A stretch of DNA of 64,000 nucleotides from a virus. Shown piece after piece: positions 50,378-62,500 of this stretch. The DNA lies in the IMG/VR virus record IMGVR_UViG_3300044591_002420, positions 61,004 to 125,003 of that record; one strand, written 5' to 3'. Under the pieces are notes generated by a model. It worked only from the letters and a program-made list of their open reading frames with translations, did no database searches and was not told the DNA's origin. Both the position numbers and the translations under genes were made by a program. Every line of letters begins with the position of its first letter. The stretch's first letter is position 1.

Positions 50378-50515
50378 ATGAAAAAGAATTTATCGGGAGG
50401 AAGAATTATTGAATCCCAGCCCAAAAAATCTCGTCAAGGAGATGGCAAACACACCAAAAACTCTGCAACCAGTAGAAATGCAAAACGCAAACCCACTCGC
50501 GGTCAAGGCCGTTGA
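50378..50515 (+). CDS. Small basic protein (not in track)
   Basis: GGAGG RBS; MKKNLSGGRIIESQPKKSRQGDGKHTK...RGQGR. Confidence 0.7.
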   Translation: MKKNLSGGRIIESQPKKSRQGDGKHTKNSATSRNAKRKPTRGQGR

Positions 50516-50918
50516 AGAATGGATTCAAAGAGTCTCTCAGTCTCGTTCAGAGCTGGGAGGCTTTTCTGTATGTCCTTATGCATCTAAAGCATCTTATAAG
50601 ATCGTTGAATGTGACATTGATAAACTAGAACCAATAACAGGTTATGATATTCTAATTTACATCGTCAATGAGTCTTCACTGGAAGAAATCAATAAATGGA
50701 TAGAACATTATAACGAAGAGTATTCTGATTGGATCTTTCTAGAAGACTGTGCTACCTATGACACCTTTATTAATGGTGTTCAGACCAATAACGGAAGTCT
50801 CAATTTAATACTCGCTCAGCCCAAGAAAGATTTACTAAAAGCCCGAGAAGCATTAAAAAAGACCAGTTACTATTCGTTCTGGTCCGATGAGTATTATAAT
50901 GAAATCGTTGGAGATTAA
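50478..50918 (+). CDS. Hypothetical protein (DUF1415-like VCPYA motif)
   Basis: EEWI...LGGFSVCPYA; start uncertain. Confidence 0.6.
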   Translation: MQNANPLAVKAVEEWIQRVSQSRSELGGFSVCPYASKASYKIVECDIDKLEPITGYDILIYIVNESSLEEINKWIEHYNEEYSDWIFLEDCATYDTFINGVQTNNGSLNLILAQPKKDLLKAREALKKTSYYSFWSDEYYNEIVGD

Positions 50919-51526
50919 CGAAGTCTTACATTAGCAAGATTGGTTGTTCTTTTTCTTTTCTCTTCTTGTGATGCCTGAGGCTTTTCGTTTCTAATCTTTT
51001 CTTGAGTATCGGCAAGATTTCTTAATGCAACTGCATAACGCTCTCTTTGTTTTGGAGTAACTTGCTTCATCTGCCAATCAAGAAGAATAGAATGTTTCCA
51101 ATCTTCGCTCATTACACTCATAATATTTCTGGCAGCATCTTCACTATCAACAAAACCCCCATCAATCAGATATTCAAGAACGAGATCATAAACATCCATT
51201 TCTTCCTTGAAACCACTGTCCCTCATGTCTCGTTCTGCATCAGCTTTTGCCATTCTAGGGCCGGGGCCTCTTTGAATGTTTCTTGCCGATCTGGCGATTG
51301 CCTTCTTTGATCCTTGTGCATTAGCAGCATGAATCTTGTCACCGCGTTTAACGTCTTCGGGGTTATCACTATTGATGAGTTTATTCACTTTGGCTCTTAT
51401 TCTATTGCCACGTTCATATGGTGCCCGATAATTCTTGTCTGCTTTTGCGAGCGCAGAACGTCGTTCTTCATTTTCTTCATAAACACCCAAATAAGCCTCG
51501 TGAAGACTATAATACTTACCGTTCAT
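50915..51526 (-). CDS. Putative internal virion protein
   Basis: YLIDGGFVDSEDAARNIMSVMSEDW motif shared with 53520..53882; late promoter TAAATA at 51549-54. Confidence 0.65.
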   Translation of the reverse strand: MNGKYYSLHEAYLGVYEENEERRSALAKADKNYRAPYERGNRIRAKVNKLINSDNPEDVKRGDKIHAANAQGSKKAIARSARNIQRGPGPRMAKADAERDMRDSGFKEEMDVYDLVLEYLIDGGFVDSEDAARNIMSVMSEDWKHSILLDWQMKQVTPKQRERYAVALRNLADTQEKIRNEKPQASQEEKRKRTTNLANVRLR

Positions 51527-51564
51527 TGTTGTTAGTTTGAATATAAGTTATTTAGAATTTATTG

Positions 51565-52203
51565 CTAAAATGGTAGTAATGCACCTAGAGTAGTCTTAAC
51601 AAGAAAATCTTTAGCTTTTCTCACAGGTTTTGATCTAGCTATTCTTCTACCAGAATTTCTTGATTGTTTTGTTAGAACTCTATTTGCCTTTCTTGTGACG
51701 GATTTTATTTTGCGATCTCTTTCTCTTACTCTTTTTAGTTTATCTCGTAATGCTTTCTTTGTGTTTTTATCAGTGGTGTTTTTAATTTGTTTCTGGATTC
51801 TTTGTACTTGACCAAAAAGCTCCATGATCAATTCTTCGCTCAATTTTGGATTTCTAATTCTACTATCTGATACACTAAAATCTTTATTTCTTCCACTATT
51901 TTTGTTAAATCCAAAAGACTTATAGAATTTTTCTAGCTTTCCTTTCTTTCCCTTATCGGCTTGTGGTGTGAGTGTAACTCTTTTGTTTTGTTTATCGGCA
52001 TAACGAGTCAGACCCTTAATTGCTCTTGAGCCGATTCCTTGATTTCTTTTTTCTTTTGGTACTTCTATAGCATGAAGCCTAACATCACCACTATTACTAA
52101 GAGTAGAATGAAACTTCATTCCTGGATATTTTCTTCGCCAGGCGGAGCCTATTTTATCTAAGGATTCTTGTGATTCGGTAATAAACTGGCGAAAGGTTTT
52201 CAT
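51565..52203 (-). CDS. GNAT acetyltransferase with capsid-targeting-like N-terminus
   Basis: MKTFRQFITE; VPKEKRNQGIGS (motif A) and KFYKSFGF (motif B). Confidence 0.75.
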   Translation of the reverse strand: MKTFRQFITESQESLDKIGSAWRRKYPGMKFHSTLSNSGDVRLHAIEVPKEKRNQGIGSRAIKGLTRYADKQNKRVTLTPQADKGKKGKLEKFYKSFGFNKNSGRNKDFSVSDSRIRNPKLSEELIMELFGQVQRIQKQIKNTTDKNTKKALRDKLKRVRERDRKIKSVTRKANRVLTKQSRNSGRRIARSKPVRKAKDFLVKTTLGALLPF

Positions 52204-52748
52204 CTTCTTTTTGGTTGAGTTTTCGTTCTTTGTGGTTTATCTTTTGCTCTTATTGTTGGTGGTGCATTTTTGCTGATGTTCTTGTTAGCGGTATCTATGT
52301 CAACCATAATATAACTCCCCTTACCAGCTTTTGCACCCGCATTATGAGCATCTGGTACCCGAACTATTTTATGACCTTTCTTAATGTATTCTCTAGATTG
52401 TTGTATAGGACTCACTTTCTTTGCTCTTTTCATGAGTTCTTCACCTTCATATTTTTGTAACAACTCCTTTTTCTTTTCTCTTGATTTTTTATGTGATATT
52501 GTATTTTTTACTTTAGGATTAACAAATTTAAGATTCACTCTAGAATAACCATAATCATTACCCACTCTAGGTGTAGGAGTTGTATATACAGTTTTATTAG
52601 TTTTTTCTGGATGATAAGTTCCTGATGACGGAGATTCTTTGAAGCCTGATTTTAAAATAGAGTTTTTATTTTCTCTAGAAGTGTAATGAGCGGTTCTCAA
52701 AACTCTCATTCTTTTGGCTTCGGTTATAAACTGGCGAAAGGTCTTCAT
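52200..52748 (-). CDS. ADP-ribosyltransferase-like protein with capsid-targeting-like N-terminus
   Basis: MKTFRQFITE; HYTS..SILKSGFK..VYTT..YG pattern. Confidence 0.55.
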   Translation of the reverse strand: MKTFRQFITEAKRMRVLRTAHYTSRENKNSILKSGFKESPSSGTYHPEKTNKTVYTTPTPRVGNDYGYSRVNLKFVNPKVKNTISHKKSREKKKELLQKYEGEELMKRAKKVSPIQQSREYIKKGHKIVRVPDAHNAGAKAGKGSYIMVDIDTANKNISKNAPPTIRAKDKPQRTKTQPKRR

Positions 52749-53158
52749 CTTCCAAATTTTCTAATATTACTTTTTGTATTACCAACTTCAATATATTTTT
52801 TTGTTTTTCGGTTTTCTATATCACGTTTCATCTCTCTTGATTCGGGATGACTTAAATCACCACGAACCATTCTAGAAAACATTCTTCCCTGCCTATAACC
52901 TTTTAGTTTATCAATTCTAGTCCTAACCTCTTTTTTAGTGTTGGGTAAATTACCACTGTCTGTTCTATAATCATCCCGGGATTTTTTATCATATTTGGCG
53001 CCTCTGTTTGCAGAATGAAACATGCGCCTGATTCCAGTTTGTCGATCTCTTAATAAAGTTGATCCTGTTGCTCTTTTGTTTCTTATGTCCTCTTTTTCTA
53101 AAGGACTAAGATTTTTTTCTTGTTTGGCCTCGGCCATAAACTCTCTATAAGTCTTCAT
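52745..53158 (-). CDS. Basic internal-head-like protein
   Basis: MKTYREFMAE N-terminus. Confidence 0.65.
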   Translation of the reverse strand: MKTYREFMAEAKQEKNLSPLEKEDIRNKRATGSTLLRDRQTGIRRMFHSANRGAKYDKKSRDDYRTDSGNLPNTKKEVRTRIDKLKGYRQGRMFSRMVRGDLSHPESREMKRDIENRKTKKYIEVGNTKSNIRKFGR

Positions 53159-53161
53159 AGT

Positions 53162-53536
53162 TCAATAACCGTGTTTTGGAATTTGATGTGAATATTGACG
53201 TAGTATAACAGCAGCAGTAGCATTAGCCTCATTTTCAATATCGCTGCCATCACCACCATCCATCTCTTTACCACTCGCTTTTTGTTTATAATGAACCAAC
53301 TCATGAGCCAGTGTGCGATAAATGTCCATAGGATGACGTTCTGCAATCTGAATTCTTATCGTATCGTCAGAAAGATTATACATCCCAAAGGTCTTATGTT
53401 TCGCTGAAAATTCAGGATTATCAATAATAATAACATTAGGAGTTTCTTCTATTTCAAGATGATCACAAGCAAACTTAAGAAAGTCTTTGACTTGCGATCT
53501 TTTTGATTCAGTAAGAAATTCAGTGTACTTCTTCAT
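53162..53536 (-). CDS. HEXXH zinc metallopeptidase with capsid-targeting-like N-terminus
   Basis: MKKYTEFLTE; RTLAHELVH...ENEA. Confidence 0.75.
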   Translation of the reverse strand: MKKYTEFLTESKRSQVKDFLKFACDHLEIEETPNVIIIDNPEFSAKHKTFGMYNLSDDTIRIQIAERHPMDIYRTLAHELVHYKQKASGKEMDGGDGSDIENEANATAAVILRQYSHQIPKHGY

Positions 53537-53882
53537 CTAGAATACTTTGAATCCAGTTTTCACTCATCGCTTCCATAATATTTCTTGCAGCTTTTTCGGT
53601 TTTTGCAAAATTATTGTCCACCAAATAAGCAATAATGGTATCAACTTCTTCTTTCACTAATTTTCTGACAGTTTCGCGTCTTTTATTGTGAAGATGTTCT
53701 ACATCCTTTCTTGTGAATTTTGGATCTGCAGCTTTTTTGGCACCCTTCTCAATATTTTTCTTCACTGCTTCAATATCAACAGCTTCACTAATACGATAGC
53801 GAATTCTTTCTGCATAAGGAAAGACTTCTCTCGTGACAGTACAACCATACATGTCATAATAAGAATCCAGTAATTCGTCCAT
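53520..53882 (-). CDS. Putative internal virion protein
   Basis: YLVDNNFAKTEKAARNIMEAMSENW motif; TAAATA at 53906-11. Confidence 0.65.
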   Translation of the reverse strand: MDELLDSYYDMYGCTVTREVFPYAERIRYRISEAVDIEAVKKNIEKGAKKAADPKFTRKDVEHLHNKRRETVRKLVKEEVDTIIAYLVDNNFAKTEKAARNIMEAMSENWIQSILDEEVH

Positions 53883-53905
53883 CGGGTGCGACTAGTAGAT
53901 AATCC

Positions 53906-53930
53906 TATTTAGAATTTTGACACCTAAATA
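53906..53930. promoter_or_regulatory. Divergent T4-type late promoters
   Basis: TAAATA on minus (53906-11) and plus (53925-30); another at 54192-97. Confidence 0.7.
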
Positions 53931-53993
53931 ACCTTGGTGATTAAGGAACCACCTTAAAAGTTTCTCTTAATCCAAATTTAGGAGAATAGACTA

Positions 53994-54194
53994 ATGCCTG
54001 CTGTAGACCGCGATGTGATGTATATGCAAGAGACATTTGGTACCACTTGTCTCGCAACTGATTATGGTGCTCTTGAACTCCGGGAAGTAATTCACGATCG
54101 CAAAGATAAAAAAGTTAAAACTGAAGATAAAGAACTGTTTTCTCTAGAATCTTCTTGGGATTATGGTCTTGAACCGAATGTTATTAACGGCTAA
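53994..54194 (+). CDS. Small hypothetical late protein
   Basis: AGGAG RBS; VDRD..YM.E.FGT..L.TDY. Confidence 0.75.
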   Translation: MPAVDRDVMYMQETFGTTCLATDYGALELREVIHDRKDKKVKTEDKELFSLESSWDYGLEPNVING

Positions 54195-54216
54195 ATAACT
54201 CTTAATTTAGTATAAA

Positions 54217-54615
54217 ATGCCAGTAGAGCGGATAAGTCGTTCTTTTAAGGATATAAGTATTTCATTTGATGTTAATCCATTAACTCGTGATCTTATCGTA
54301 CTTAAAAACGAAACGGCCATTGTCCGCTCTATTCGCAATTTAATCTCAACAATAAAAGGAGAGATCCCTTATTCAGATAAAGGTAGTAATATTACTAATC
54401 TTTTATTTGAAAATATGAATTCCATAACTTCGTCGCTGATTGAAAGTGAAGTCACTGATACCATTACTCGCTATGAGCCTAGAGTGTCTCTTATAAGCGT
54501 AGTTGTGAATCCCGATTACGATAATAACACTTATGATATTGTAATTACATATACGATCGTAGGAATAGATGTTCCACCACAACAACTAACTCTGGTTCTT
54601 AATACCGTCCGATAA
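54217..54615 (+). CDS. gp25: Baseplate wedge subunit (T4 gp25-like)
   Basis: FKDISISF..NE.AI.RSIRNL..GE.P..YEPRV. Confidence 0.92.
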   Translation: MPVERISRSFKDISISFDVNPLTRDLIVLKNETAIVRSIRNLISTIKGEIPYSDKGSNITNLLFENMNSITSSLIESEVTDTITRYEPRVSLISVVVNPDYDNNTYDIVITYTIVGIDVPPQQLTLVLNTVR

Positions 54616-56513
54616 TGGCCATAGTCAATCTCACTTCACTAGATTTCAATGAAATAAAAGCCTCTTTAAGAGATTATCTTAGAGCCAATTCAAACTTTAG
54701 TGATTATGATTTTGAGGGTTCTAACTTTTCTACTATTATTGATATTCTTGCCTATAATACTTACATCTCCTCATATAATACCAACATGGTATCTAATGAG
54801 GTTTTTCTTGATTCGGCAACATTAAGAGAGAATGTTGTATCAAGAGCCAAAGAAATCGGTTACACTCCAAGATCCCGAACTGCCGCAAGAGCAAATATTA
54901 GTTTTACCGTTGATACCACCAATCTACCCATTAATCCAATCACACTGACTCTGAAAAAAGGAGTTGTCGTTACGAGTGATTCTTTTAACGGTGCTAGTTA
55001 CACTTTTTCTATACTTGAAGATATTATCGCACCAGTTATCAATAACATTGCAACCTTCAATAACATTTCAGTTTATGAAGGATCTTTTATTGTTCAGAAT
55101 TTTACCGTAGTTGATGATAATTCAAGATTTCGTCTTGATAACGAGGGAATTGATACTTCGCTTATTAATGTTCTTATTCGTGAGAGTAATCTAACAAACG
55201 TAACACAAAAATATAATCTTACTAAAAATCTTTTTAATGTAACGTCCACTTCTAAAGTTTTCTTTGTACAAGAAGTAGAAGACGAAAGATATGAACTTCT
55301 TTTTGGTGATGATATTTTTGGTAAGAAATTGGAGTCCAATACTCTTATTGATGTCTCTTATATTATTACAAGTGGTGAAGATGGTAATGGCATCGGAACA
55401 TTTAATTTCAATGGTAGAATTGTTGATAATAATGGTAGAATCGTAAATTCCGATATTTCTAAAATCACTACCAACACTCATGCTTTTGGTGGTAAGGCTA
55501 TTGAGTCTCTTTCTTCAATCAAAAAGTTTGCACCATTAAATTACTCCACACAACAAAGAGCCGTAACCGCCGCTGATTATGAGGCTATTATTCCTCAGAT
55601 CTATCCAGAAGCAGAATCGGTATCAGCTTTTGGTGGCGAAACATTAACACCACCCAAGTATGGAAAGGTTTATATTTCAATTAAGCCAATCAATGGACCA
55701 TTCGTTTCTAATGGTGTAAAAGATAATATCAAGACGCTACTTCGCAAATATTCTGTTGGCGGTATTGTTCCTGAAATTATTGATCTCAAATATCTTTACA
55801 TTGAATTTGAGTCTGCTGTTTATTATAATTCTAATTTTTCAACATCACCCGAAACTCTTAAAACCACAATTACCAATAACATAGAGTCTTACGCTAATTC
55901 TTCTGAATTGAATCGCTATGGTGCGAGATTTAAGTATAGCAAGTTTCTTAAAATTATTGACGAAAGCGATAGTGCAATAACATCAAATATTACAAAAATC
56001 ACAATCCGCCGTGGAATGAAGGCGGAGATCAATAAATTCGCGTTCTATGAAATTTGTTTTGGTAATGCAATTCATATCAACAAACAGACTGGTTATAATA
56101 TTAAGTCTACCGCATTTAGGATCGCGGGTTCAAGTTATGATGTTTATTTTTCAGATAGACCATCTAATGATGAAACTGGAACAATTTTCATCTTCCGCCT
56201 TGATGCATCTCAACAACCAGTTGTTATTAGAAACAACGTCGGAACAATAAATTACAAAAAAGGAGAGATTCTTCTTAACCCCATAAATATTACATCTACT
56301 CAAAAAACAGTAGGTTTTGATAATATTATTGATCTTAAAGTGACACCCAAATCAAACGATGTTATTGGTCTACAAGATCTATATTTACAACTGATTACAA
56401 GTTCAAGTACAGTAAATATGCTTTCTGATACTATCTCTTCTGGTTATGATATTTCAGGTGTCAATTATGTTTCAACTTCTAGCTATTTTAACGGAGAATT
56501 AATCATCAAGTAA
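54615..56513 (+). CDS. gp6: Baseplate wedge subunit (T4 gp6-like)
   Basis: LDFNEIK..FSDYDFEGSN..FLDSATLRENVVS..GYTPRS; FGD; RAVTAADY. Confidence 0.95.
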   Translation: MAIVNLTSLDFNEIKASLRDYLRANSNFSDYDFEGSNFSTIIDILAYNTYISSYNTNMVSNEVFLDSATLRENVVSRAKEIGYTPRSRTAARANISFTVDTTNLPINPITLTLKKGVVVTSDSFNGASYTFSILEDIIAPVINNIATFNNISVYEGSFIVQNFTVVDDNSRFRLDNEGIDTSLINVLIRESNLTNVTQKYNLTKNLFNVTSTSKVFFVQEVEDERYELLFGDDIFGKKLESNTLIDVSYIITSGEDGNGIGTFNFNGRIVDNNGRIVNSDISKITTNTHAFGGKAIESLSSIKKFAPLNYSTQQRAVTAADYEAIIPQIYPEAESVSAFGGETLTPPKYGKVYISIKPINGPFVSNGVKDNIKTLLRKYSVGGIVPEIIDLKYLYIEFESAVYYNSNFSTSPETLKTTITNNIESYANSSELNRYGARFKYSKFLKIIDESDSAITSNITKITIRRGMKAEINKFAFYEICFGNAIHINKQTGYNIKSTAFRIAGSSYDVYFSDRPSNDETGTIFIFRLDASQQPVVIRNNVGTINYKKGEILLNPINITSTQKTVGFDNIIDLKVTPKSNDVIGLQDLYLQLITSSSTVNMLSDTISSGYDISGVNYVSTSSYFNGELIIK

Positions 56514-56514
56514 T

Positions 56515-59500
56515 ATGAAAATTGAACTCTCATCTATTGTAGAAAATCAACTACCTCTCTATGTTAGAGAAGAATATCCTTTAGCTGCAGAGTTTATTAA
56601 GCAATATTACATATCAGATAATGCCAATAAGATCGTTCAAAATATTGATGAATATTTGGATCTTGATGTAATTTTTGATATTCCCGAAAGCACAATTCTT
56701 TTAAATTCAATTGATTTTGACGATGATGTTATTAATGTATCATCAACAAAAGGATTTCCTGAGACTTATGGTCTTCTAAAGATTGATAATGAAATAATTA
56801 CATATATCTCAAAAACTGATACCTCTTTTAATGGATGTATTAGAGGCTTCAGTGCAGTAGAAAGAGCAGCTTCTTCGCAACTTGTTTTTACTGATTCCAA
56901 CGCAGCAATTCATAATTCAGAATCAAAAGTTTATAATCTTAGTTCATTTTTTCTTAAAGAATTCTTTTTCAAGATCAAACAGAAAATTGCTCCGGGTTTT
57001 GAGAATCGCAATCTGTATTCTTCTCTTAACCAAGCTAATTTTCTAAAGCATCTTAAAGACTTTTATCAATCAAAAGGTACCGAAGAATCTTTTCGTCTAC
57101 TCTTTGCCGCTCTTTATGGAACCGATGTAAAACTCATTCTACCACGAGATCGGCTATTTTCAGCTTCCAATGCACAATATAGAGTTACAAAGAAACTTGT
57201 TGTTGAAGCACTTCAAGGAAATCCGAAGGAATTAGTTAATGGTACTATCTACCAAGATTCTGATGGTTTTATTCCGGAAGCAAGAGGAACAATTACCTAT
57301 ATTGAGCAGATTATCCGCAACAATAAGCCATATTTTATTATCAGTCTAGACTACGATTATGATAAAGATATTGATGTATCAGGTTCCCTAAAGAGTGAAT
57401 TCACCGTTCATCCACAAACACTAACTCTTTCTACATCAGAAGCTGGATCTTCATTTATTGATGTTGATTCCACAGTTGGATTTCCTGATAGTGGAACTCT
57501 CATCACGAAGAAAATAGATGATACCGATCTTGTTATTCAATATACTACCAAGAACTTAAATCAATTTCTTGGTTGTAGTGGAATAACTTCTCAAATTAAA
57601 CAAGGTTCTTCAATTCGGCTTGATTCTTTCGCCTACGGCTACAATTCTAATCAAGAAATTGTAAAGTTGAGAGTCACAGGTGTTCTTGATGAGCCTCAAT
57701 TTATTGATAACACAAATTCTTATAATCCAAAAGAAGAGTTTGAAATTGAAACATTAGGATTTCCTTCAGAAGATTTAAGAGCTAATAATTGGAATTTTAA
57801 TATTCCCCTGTCTTTTAATATCTCTAGTATTGAATTGCTTGATTATAGTGATCTTTCTTATAAAGTGGAGACCATTGATAATTGCGTATTTTCTGTTGGT
57901 GATAATTGCGTATTAGTATCACCATCTTCAAATGAGAATCCTGGAACAGTTTCCAATATTCTTAATAACAACACAATCGTCGCCAGTTTTGATTCTCTTG
58001 TTAATCTAGAACTAACTCACGTACTTAAAAAGATTATCACAAAAACTAGATTTCAAGATGCACCTGAACTTGACATTTATAATGCCAATGCACAAAATAC
58101 TTATATTGATTCCAATAAAAATGTCTACGTTCTTTCTCCTTCTTTACCCTCCTATCTATTCGCAGAACTTACAACCAATACCGGAAAAATAACATTCTCC
58201 GGAACATTCAATAATCAAATTAATCTACCAGACAATCATCCATTCTTTACTGGTGATATTGTCGTTTACCGACCTGAGAATTCAGCAAATAAGCTACTCA
58301 GTGAAGGAATCTATTTTATTAAAAAGATTGACGAGAAAACAATTAAACTCGCGCTCAGCAGAGAAAATCTTTACAATCAAACTTATGTTGAATTTTCCGG
58401 TACCATTACAAATAGCACTTTAGAATTCTTTGAGTTTACCGGATTGAATCTCACACCGAAGAGCATCCAACCCCAAAATCTGATTAGAGAGCTAGTCACA
58501 CCAAGGCTTTCCGGGCAGAGAAATGAGACTCCCTTAGCTGCTGTTGGTATTCTCAAAAATGGCGTTGAGATTATGAATTATAAATCTCAGCATCAAATTT
58601 TTTATGGTCCAATAACAAAAGTTGTTGCCACAGCTCCTGGTAGCGATTACGATATTATCAATCCTCCAACTTTAACACTAACAGATCAAAGTGGTTCGGG
58701 TGCAATTCTTCATCCGGCAATAACAGGATCACTAAAGAGAATTGATCTTTTATATTCGGGATTTGACTATATTGATGAACCTTCAATTACCATAAAAGGT
58801 GGCAATGGTAAAAATGCCTCGGCTAAGGCCAATCTTATTGAGTTTGAGCATATTGAATTTTTCAATGCGATTACTGATATTTCTTTAACTCAAGAGAATA
58901 TTGGGTTTTCAACTTATCACAAATTCCGACGTGGAGAAGAAATTGTTTATAATTCTAATGGTCAAATCCCAATCGGAGGATTAATTTCAAGCGAAAAATA
59001 TTTTATTAATGCCAAAAATGGTCAGAATGTATCTCTACATAAGAGTCAGTCTGATGCAATCTCAGGCATAAACAGTATTAATTTAACAGCTAAGAGCACA
59101 GGTTTACATTCATTAAAAACAATCAATAAGAAAAAGAAAATTGGTTCTATTTCAGTTTTAAGTGAAGGAGAAAATTATAAGTACCGGAAGAACCTGATTA
59201 CTGGTATTAACACTTCTACTGGTATTATTGAAGTAAAAGATCATAAATTTGAAAGTGGTGAATTAGTATTTTACAATACTACAACTACTCCATCAGTAGG
59301 TTTATCTAACAATACTCAGTATTATGTTAATATTATTGATAAAGATCATGTAATGTTAGCAGGAATCAATACTATCAAAACGGCTGATTTTAATTATGCC
59401 AGTAACCAATATGTTGGTATCACATCTTTTAGTTCTTCTATTCAATATCTTTCTTATCCCCCTATTGAAGTTGAAGTAAAGGGGAGAATTGGTGTAACGA

Positions 59501-62500
59501 CTTTTGATTCCACAACTTTTAATTCAGAAATTATTCCGATTTTCAGAGGTGGAATTGTAGATGTAACATTAGAGTCAGGAGGTGATTCTTATGGTTCTCA
59601 AGATATTTTAGATTACTCAATTGAACCAAAAATCACAATAACAAAAGGTAGTGGAGCGCAGCTAAAACCTATAATTAATAAAGGAAAAATTATAGGAGTT
59701 ATTATTCAATATGCTGGATCTAATTATATTTCAAATCCCGACATAATCGTTCAAGGGGATGGATATAACGCAGTTCTTGCACCAATTATTCAAAATGGTC
59801 TTATTGTTGATGTAGAAGTTATTTCTGGTGGATTTGGTTATACACCAGAAAAAACATTCATTACAATAAATTCTCCAGGTGAAGGTGCTCAGTTCAAAAC
59901 CGCGATTAGATCATGGAGGATCAATAATTTTGAAAAACTTTATATCTCAAATTATTTTAGTGAAGATGATGGAGTTATTGCTAATGCACTCAATCCCAAT
60001 AATGGATTACAATATTATCATCTTTTTGCACCAAGAAAGCTAAGATCGTCAACATATTCAAAGAATATCTTAAATGGTGTTACTGTTTTCCAAAAAGATC
60101 TTCAGGTAGACCAAAACAACAAAGAAATAGATTCCACCGCACACTCACCTATTTTAGGTTGGGCATATGATGGCAATCCGATTTATGGTCCTTATGGTTA
60201 CACAACAAGCTTTAATTCAACGAATATAAAACAGTTAAAAAGTGGTTACACATTAAAAACAAATTTACAACTTGGAAGTGAAAATAGACCAGATCAAAGC
60301 ATCTACGCTGCGGGAATGTTTGTTGAGGATTATGAATACACCGCTGCTGGGGATCTAGATGAACATAACGGTCGTTATTGTGTAACTCCAGAGTTCCCCA
60401 ATGGCGTTTATGCATATTTTACCACCTTTGAAGATGTTGCGTCAACTTCTGGTGCATTTGTGAACTACAAAAAGCCGAAGTTTCCTTATGTTATAGGTAA
60501 TTCTTTCTATTCTAAGGCAATTGATTTTAACTTTGATCCAAAATCAAACCAATCCCAAGTCAATTTTAGTGATTTAGGATTACTAAGAAATACTTTACCA
60601 TATAATTTGAAATCTAACAACACTAATTATGAAGGACTATTGTTACCTTATGAAGTAAAAAAAGCTATTTTTACTATAAAAACAGTAAATCCGTCAAATA
60701 TTAATAAAATTGACGTACTTTATGGTGGAGATGGATATAAGGTCAACGATACTATTGAACTGGAGAGCAATAATTTAGCAAAAATCTCAAAAATTAGAGG
60801 AAAATCAGTAACCGGAGTTGCCTGTTCTGAGAATTTCGTAGAAAATCTAGAACTCCTGTCTAAAAATAGTGAATTAATAGCTTATTCTGCCACGCCCCAT
60901 CCATTTAAAGATGGCGATTCCCTATTTTTTAGTTCTTATGGTGGTAAAAATACAAAACAAAAGGTAAAAATTAGAGAAAATCAGCTTATTTTATCAGTTG
61001 GAGTACAATCAAGTAGTATTACCGGAATTGTTACTCATTTTAATGTCTATGGAAATCTTTCAGAAGACGATATAAAACCAAATGATGTCTATAAAGTCGG
61101 AAATGAAGAAATAAAAATTCTAACGGTTGATAATATTGGGTCAAGAGTCTGGATAGAAAGACAATATAATGGAACATCGGGGATAAACTCTTTTCCTGTG
61201 GGATTTGCTTTCACTGAAAAATCAAGAAAGTTGATTTTTTCCAATAATATTGGAATTAGTAGCAATATAATCAACAACCAGTATTATTTTAAGCCTTCTG
61301 AATCTGTGGGCTTAGGTACTACCACTACTAATAGAGTTTTTATTGGTTCCCCTGGTGTTGGAGCAACTTTTATTGATATTCCAGCAAGATCAATTTATCT
61401 TGAAAATCATAATTTACAAACTAATACAAAACTATCTTATAGTGCTCATGGAAATCAACCAATTTCAGTTTTAATTAATGGTGTAACTGGAGCGCTTCTT
61501 AACACATTTTCAAGTCTTTATGTTGCAAGATATAATGATAATTTAATTGGTCTTTCAACAACTCCCATCGGAATTGGATCTACTGGATCTTTTATTGGTA
61601 TTGGTACAACCACATCTCTTTTGAGTTTTACAAATTTTGGTGACGGTTCGTACCATAGTTTTAACACACAATATACATCATTAAAAGGTGATGTGATTAA
61701 ACAGGATATTATTGTATCAGCCGCCTCAAGTCACAATTTAAGTCTTGAAGATAATATTAATCTTTCTGTAATTTCTGGAATAACAACTCATATTAGACTA
61801 AAATATTCCGATTATAATAGAAGAATTACATCAAAAGAAGTATCAATTCAAAATGTTGACATTGACAATAATATACTAAAATTCAACGAACATTCTTTTA
61901 AAACCGGTGAAAGGGTAATCTATACTACAACATCAAGTATTTCAGGACTCAATAACAACGGAATTTATTATGTCATATCTATAAACAAATTTAAGTTAAA
62001 ACTTGCAACCTCAAAATATAATGCAGAAAATCTTATTGGAGTAGATTTACAATCTGGTGGTTCGGGTTCACTTTCGTCTATCAATCCACCTTTGAGACTT
62101 GAAAGAAATTCCACTATCGTTTTTGATCTCTCTGATTCTTCTCTTGGTTATGTGAAAAATGGTTTTTCATATTCGGCATTTTCTTTTGATGTATATTATG
62201 ATCCGGAATTAAATTTCTCCTATTTTAATAATGGAAAATCTCCCCAATTAAATCTAACTTTTTCTGGTAGTATTGGAGTTAATACTGATGCAAGAGCAAC
62301 TCTTAAAATAGATGTATTTACTCCTTCATTTCTTTATTATGATCTAAAGCCCCTCAATAGGGAAGTGCCTACAGTCAAATATGAAAAAGTTATTGATATT
62401 AATCAAATCAATTATAACACTCTTCGGATTGAAGAATCATCACTCAGCGGGAATTATAAAATTAAGTCCTTCGGAGAAGATACTTTTGTTCTAGAGCCTA

